64,000 nt of DNA from Escherichia phage PNJ-9. Shown here one piece after another: positions 60,839 through 64,000 of this stretch (the first letter of the stretch is position 1; every line of letters begins with the position of its first letter). The position numbers and the translations under genes are program-made. Below the pieces are notes generated by a model. The model did not search any database. It was not told the DNA's origin and was given only the letters and a program-made list of their open reading frames with translations. The stretch is from the sequence record PQ100635.1. One strand, given 5' to 3'.

Positions 60839-60948
60839 ATTGAATTACATTATGGATACTATAAATGATATGATTTTTCGTTTTGGTCCAGAATTTTATT
60901 CGCAGTATAGTTTGGTGTTTATCAATGCTTAGTTAATTAAGGGTAAAT

Positions 60949-61164
60949 ATGTATAAATTTCGTAAAGGTTTAGCTGATTTTCTTACAACTGTAACGTTCT
61001 TTTTGTTTATGGCAGTTGGAGCTATTTTTCTTATTCCTTTTACTGTTGTATTTTTCTTGATTAGTTTAATTTCTCCGGAAAAGGGTTTATCCTCCAGCGA
61101 ATTCAATGAACGTTTGGACAAAATTACTAATAAACTGAATTCTGTTCTTGATAAAAAGGCTTAA
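60949..61164 (+). CDS. small membrane protein
   Basis: 71-aa ORF with one long hydrophobic segment. Confidence 0.45.
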   Translation: MYKFRKGLADFLTTVTFFLFMAVGAIFLIPFTVVFFLISLISPEKGLSSSEFNERLDKITNKLNSVLDKKA

Positions 61165-61166
61165 TT

Positions 61167-61484
61167 ATGATTAGTTTTGAGCGGTATGTGGTAGAGAGTT
61201 GGAAAGGTTTTGATATGTTCGGTAATGACTATTATTTTTACGAATGTAATCTAAATCCTAGTTTTTGGGCTGGACGTGAACGAGATCTCGAAGAAATTAG
61301 TGTTCGCGCCGAATTGTTAGGTGAACTGCCTACGGTTTATTTTACCTTTGATGAATCTGGATTTGTTATCCAGGTTTATTTTCCTGAAGAAAACTCTGGT
61401 GAGGATTCTGTTAATCCTCCTTATTGGGCTTACCAAGGAATTATTTCTCGTGGAACAAAACTCGAACTTAAAGAACAAGATTGA
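61167..61484 (+). CDS. hypothetical protein
   Basis: 105-aa acidic ORF. Confidence 0.45.
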   Translation: MISFERYVVESWKGFDMFGNDYYFYECNLNPSFWAGRERDLEEISVRAELLGELPTVYFTFDESGFVIQVYFPEENSGEDSVNPPYWAYQGIISRGTKLELKEQD

Positions 61485-61773
61485 AATTTATGGCATCCCT
61501 GAAGAAGTAGGACGTTGTCCCGGATGTTATACTGTTACAAAACTTTTAAAGGAGCTCAATGCTCCTTATACATTTTATAAAGTCCTCACTAATAATGGTA
61601 AGATTGAATATGACCGTCCTTTAATCGTATCTCTTGCTAAACGTGCAGGATTCACTTCACTTAATATTCGTTATCCTGTCATATTTTTAAATGATAAGAA
61701 ACAAAGGAATATTGCAGAGTTTAAAAAGTCCTTGATTTCATTAGGATACGACTCTGATATCATAGAAGATTGA
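61450..61773 (+). CDS. thioredoxin-fold (NrdH/glutaredoxin-like) protein, start uncertain
   Basis: Reading frame encodes KIEIYGIPEEVGRCPGCYTVTKLL (CPGC redox motif) but has no in-frame ATG near the domain; GTG 61450 is the nearest plausible start; overlaps the previous ORF. Confidence 0.4.
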   Translation: MEQNSNLKNKIEIYGIPEEVGRCPGCYTVTKLLKELNAPYTFYKVLTNNGKIEYDRPLIVSLAKRAGFTSLNIRYPVIFLNDKKQRNIAEFKKSLISLGYDSDIIED

Positions 61774-61797
61774 CCAGGTGCCGCCTGGTCTTCTTTA
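61772..61797 (+). terminator. rho-independent terminator
   Basis: GACCAGG-tgccg-CCTGGTC followed by TTCTTT. Confidence 0.6.
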
Positions 61798-61938
61798 TCT
61801 CATTTCTAATATAATCCATTGGAATCTTCACTTCACTATCTCCTTGTGCCCCTCTCAAATCGAAAATATTTTCATAAAACAGTTTACATCCTCAATAGAT
61901 GTGTTAAGATTAAACCATCTACTATAGAGGAAAATAAA

Positions 61939-62121
61939 ATGACAATTGAAGATAAAGAAATTAAGGTCGACCAGTACTATTCTGTCAATGGTAATGCAAT
62001 ACAGATAACCAGAGTTTCAAGCCTGGATGTTTGGTACCGTTCAATCAAATATCCAGAAATTGGTGAAATGCTTTGTGACCGTGGTATCTTCTGTTCAATT
62101 GCGAAGGAAATTAAGCCATGA
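61939..62121 (+). CDS. hypothetical small protein
   Basis: 60 aa from ATG 61939 downstream of a GTTTAC promoter-like element (61882-61887). Confidence 0.4.
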   Translation: MTIEDKEIKVDQYYSVNGNAIQITRVSSLDVWYRSIKYPEIGEMLCDRGIFCSIAKEIKP

Positions 62122-62366
62122 TTAGTTTAGATTCAAAGAAAGTTGTTCTAACTCTTAATGTAAACAACGAACGTCCAGTATTCGTTACCATTTCCGATTT
62201 GCATGTTGAAATTGCTAATGGCGTCCGTACTTATCAAACGTCTAAAACACATTGGGACTATATCCCAATGTTGACGCTTACTCAGCGTTTAGAATCAATC
62301 GGTCTTAAAGACCTTTCAGTAAGTGAAATGAATTTTATCAAACGCATTGTATCAATCAACCTCTGA
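62118..62366 (+). CDS. hypothetical protein
   Basis: 82-aa ORF with overlapping start. Confidence 0.45.
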   Translation: MISLDSKKVVLTLNVNNERPVFVTISDLHVEIANGVRTYQTSKTHWDYIPMLTLTQRLESIGLKDLSVSEMNFIKRIVSINL

Positions 62367-62373
62367 GGTACTT

Positions 62374-62667
62374 ATGGGTAAAACGTATCGTCGTAAAGAT
62401 TTGAAAGTTCGTGATTACGACTATTTTGGTAAACGTAAAGCTCCTGACGGTGTTAGCCACAAAGACATGGTTGAAAACATTTTCCGCTCAGATAAATGGA
62501 AACGTATGAAAGGCGTTGATTCTGAAGTCAAGAACGAAATGAATCGACAACTCCGCAAAGAAGTTCGTAAGTTGAAAAAAGATGTTTACAGTAAAGAAGA
62601 TTATGATTATAATACTTCTCATACTGAAGCCAAACGTAAAGCTAATGAATGTTATCGTTACAGTTGA
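62374..62667 (+). CDS. hypothetical basic protein
   Basis: 97 aa from ATG 62374 (MGKTYRRKDLKVRDY...). Confidence 0.45.
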   Translation: MGKTYRRKDLKVRDYDYFGKRKAPDGVSHKDMVENIFRSDKWKRMKGVDSEVKNEMNRQLRKEVRKLKKDVYSKEDYDYNTSHTEAKRKANECYRYS

Positions 62668-62674
62668 GGAAATT

Positions 62675-62809
62675 ATGAATATCAAACGAATGCTTTTTAA
62701 GCAGGGATTATATACTTTAAATGCTAATCCAAAGGGTGATACAACTAAATGGTCTGTAAATGACTGGATTAAGTTCATCGATGAAAATGGGGCGTGGAAC
62801 ACAAAATGA
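62675..62809 (+). CDS. hypothetical small protein
   Basis: 44 aa from ATG 62675 (SD GAGGA); below the ORF-track cutoff. Confidence 0.35.
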   Translation: MNIKRMLFKQGLYTLNANPKGDTTKWSVNDWIKFIDENGAWNTK

Positions 62810-63006
62810 ATCCTGAAAATATTGTGTCATGGCAACTTCGTGAAGAACGTGCCGAATTCTTTGCCAATATGAAACTCAACGGCGTTGAGGATGAAGACTT
62901 TTTACGTTGGTTCTGGATTTACAAATACAAAGAATGTCAACATGCTGTGCTATTGACTTGCGCAACTATGTACGAAGGCTGGAAAGGCGCTAAAAAGTTC
63001 GGTTAA
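62806..63006 (+). CDS. hypothetical small protein
   Basis: 66 aa from ATG 62806 overlapping the previous stop (ORF track begins at GTG 62794). Confidence 0.4.
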   Translation: MNPENIVSWQLREERAEFFANMKLNGVEDEDFLRWFWIYKYKECQHAVLLTCATMYEGWKGAKKFG

Positions 63007-63071
63007 TAATATACAACGATAGGAAGACGAATGTTATTATCTTCCTATCGTCTTAAAATGAGGAAAATATC

Positions 63072-63311
63072 ATGGCCCAAGAATTAGATTTTATCAAATT
63101 CAAAAAACACCTCGACGTTAAAATTGGGGATTCAATTGTTAGGATTGAGTATGACATTTTAACAGATGCTATTACTGTTAGTTGTGATGGAAATAGTTTC
63201 AGCTTCGATACAACCGAAAATAAATACCCAATCTATAAAGGCATCTTTGATATGGGTGTTGATATTACTCCACGTGATACAAATTACTTACTTTTCATGC
63301 TTAAAAAATAG
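63072..63311 (+). CDS. hypothetical protein
   Basis: 79-aa ORF preceded by a 12-bp perfect inverted repeat (63016-63051) and SD GAGGAA. Confidence 0.45.
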   Translation: MAQELDFIKFKKHLDVKIGDSIVRIEYDILTDAITVSCDGNSFSFDTTENKYPIYKGIFDMGVDITPRDTNYLLFMLKK

Positions 63312-63377
63312 TATATAAACTCTTGAGAGCAGAGTATAATTCTCTCATTGGATAATAAAATAACCGAGGAAAATAAT

Positions 63378-63710
63378 ATGTCTACTAAAATCAAAAACGT
63401 AGTTAATTCTTTCGCTTTCGATAAAGTTGTTGCTCTTCTGGAATCCGGCAATATTGTTACTCCTCAAGTCCTTGACGCGTGGGAATTCCGTCTTTATGAA
63501 ATTATGCAAAAACACGACCAGAAAATTGGACGTAATTCTATTCGTGAAATTCTAGTACAATATATTCTTTCTGAATTTGACGTTGCTGCATTTGGTGTTG
63601 AATCTAAAGCTTATCAGAAACATGAAATCTCTGAAAAGACTATCCGTCGTATGAAAAATCAACGTAAGAAAAAATTCGTTGACCTGAAAATTGTTAAGGC
63701 GGTAAAATGA
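63378..63710 (+). CDS. hypothetical protein
   Basis: 110 aa from ATG 63378 downstream of the duplicated CTCTTGAGAGCAGAGTATAAT promoter element. Confidence 0.45.
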   Translation: MSTKIKNVVNSFAFDKVVALLESGNIVTPQVLDAWEFRLYEIMQKHDQKIGRNSIREILVQYILSEFDVAAFGVESKAYQKHEISEKTIRRMKNQRKKKFVDLKIVKAVK

Positions 63711-63934
63711 GCGTATTAACAGAAACTTTGATTAATGACCTGCGTCTAGCTGGTTATGAAGTTGGTACAAATAGTCTAGGTCTTTCTCAGATTGAAGGGC
63801 TTGGATTTATCCTAGAATATGAATTCAAACAATGGTGGCTATATACTACGGCTGACGATGCGTTGAATATCGATTTCGTTGACCAATTTGATTCGTTGGA
63901 TGATGCTCTTGAAGCAGCAAAGGAACTAGAATGA
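63707..63934 (+). CDS. hypothetical acidic protein
   Basis: 75-aa ORF with overlapping start. Confidence 0.45.
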   Translation: MSVLTETLINDLRLAGYEVGTNSLGLSQIEGLGFILEYEFKQWWLYTTADDALNIDFVDQFDSLDDALEAAKELE

Positions 63935-64000
63935 AATTAACTCGAATCAGTATAACTGAAGAAAAGCTGGGCGAATTTTATGTTGACGAATATATGAAAG
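63931..64000 (+). CDS. hypothetical protein, 5' part (runs off the window end)
   Basis: ATG 63931 overlapping the previous stop; truncated by the window. Confidence 0.35.
   Translation, partial: MKLTRISITEEKLGEFYVDEYMK

Overview
This window is a contiguous segment of a T4-like (Tevenvirinae) myovirus genome. Positions 1-23648 carry the late structural module on the minus strand, recognised by strong protein similarity to T4 gene products as I recall them and by T4 gene order: portal gp20 (partial), tail tube gp19, sheath gp18, terminase gp17/gp16, neck gp15/gp14/gp13, fibritin wac, short tail fibre gp12, baseplate gp11-gp6, gp5.4, gp5.1, gp5 and gp53. T4-type late promoters (TATAAATA) and C(UUCG)G hairpins sit in the intergenic gaps. 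From 23710 onward everything is on the plus strand: gp4, gp2, gp3, gp1 (dNMP kinase), 57A and 57B, then a long early 'hyperplastic' region. That region holds two tRNAs, seven to eight genes with capsid-targeting-sequence N-termini (internal-protein candidates), nudE, lysozyme e, denV, a GrcA-like glycyl-radical cofactor, regB, a secreted lytic transglycosylase, a TARG1-like macrodomain protein, tk, rI, nrdC, gene 49, nrdD split by a group I intron with a GIY-YIG homing endonuclease, and nrdG, together with dozens of small uncharacterised ORFs. Most early genes are preceded by T4-type early promoters (GTTTAC, 17-18 nt spacer, TATAAT-like), many with an inverted repeat whose downstream arm contains the Shine-Dalgarno sequence. 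The candidates I rank highest for new biology are (1) a translationally coupled 2-TM protein plus Pol-beta-type nucleotidyltransferase with a nearby AAA+ ATPase (47.8-50.7 kb), (2) the macrodomain protein beside two secreted proteins (43.4-44.7 kb), (3) the expanded capsid-targeted effector repertoire, and (4) two paralogous small-protein families with conserved C-terminal tails (33.0-37.7 kb). All calls rest on reading the sequence and recalled family knowledge; no database search was run.
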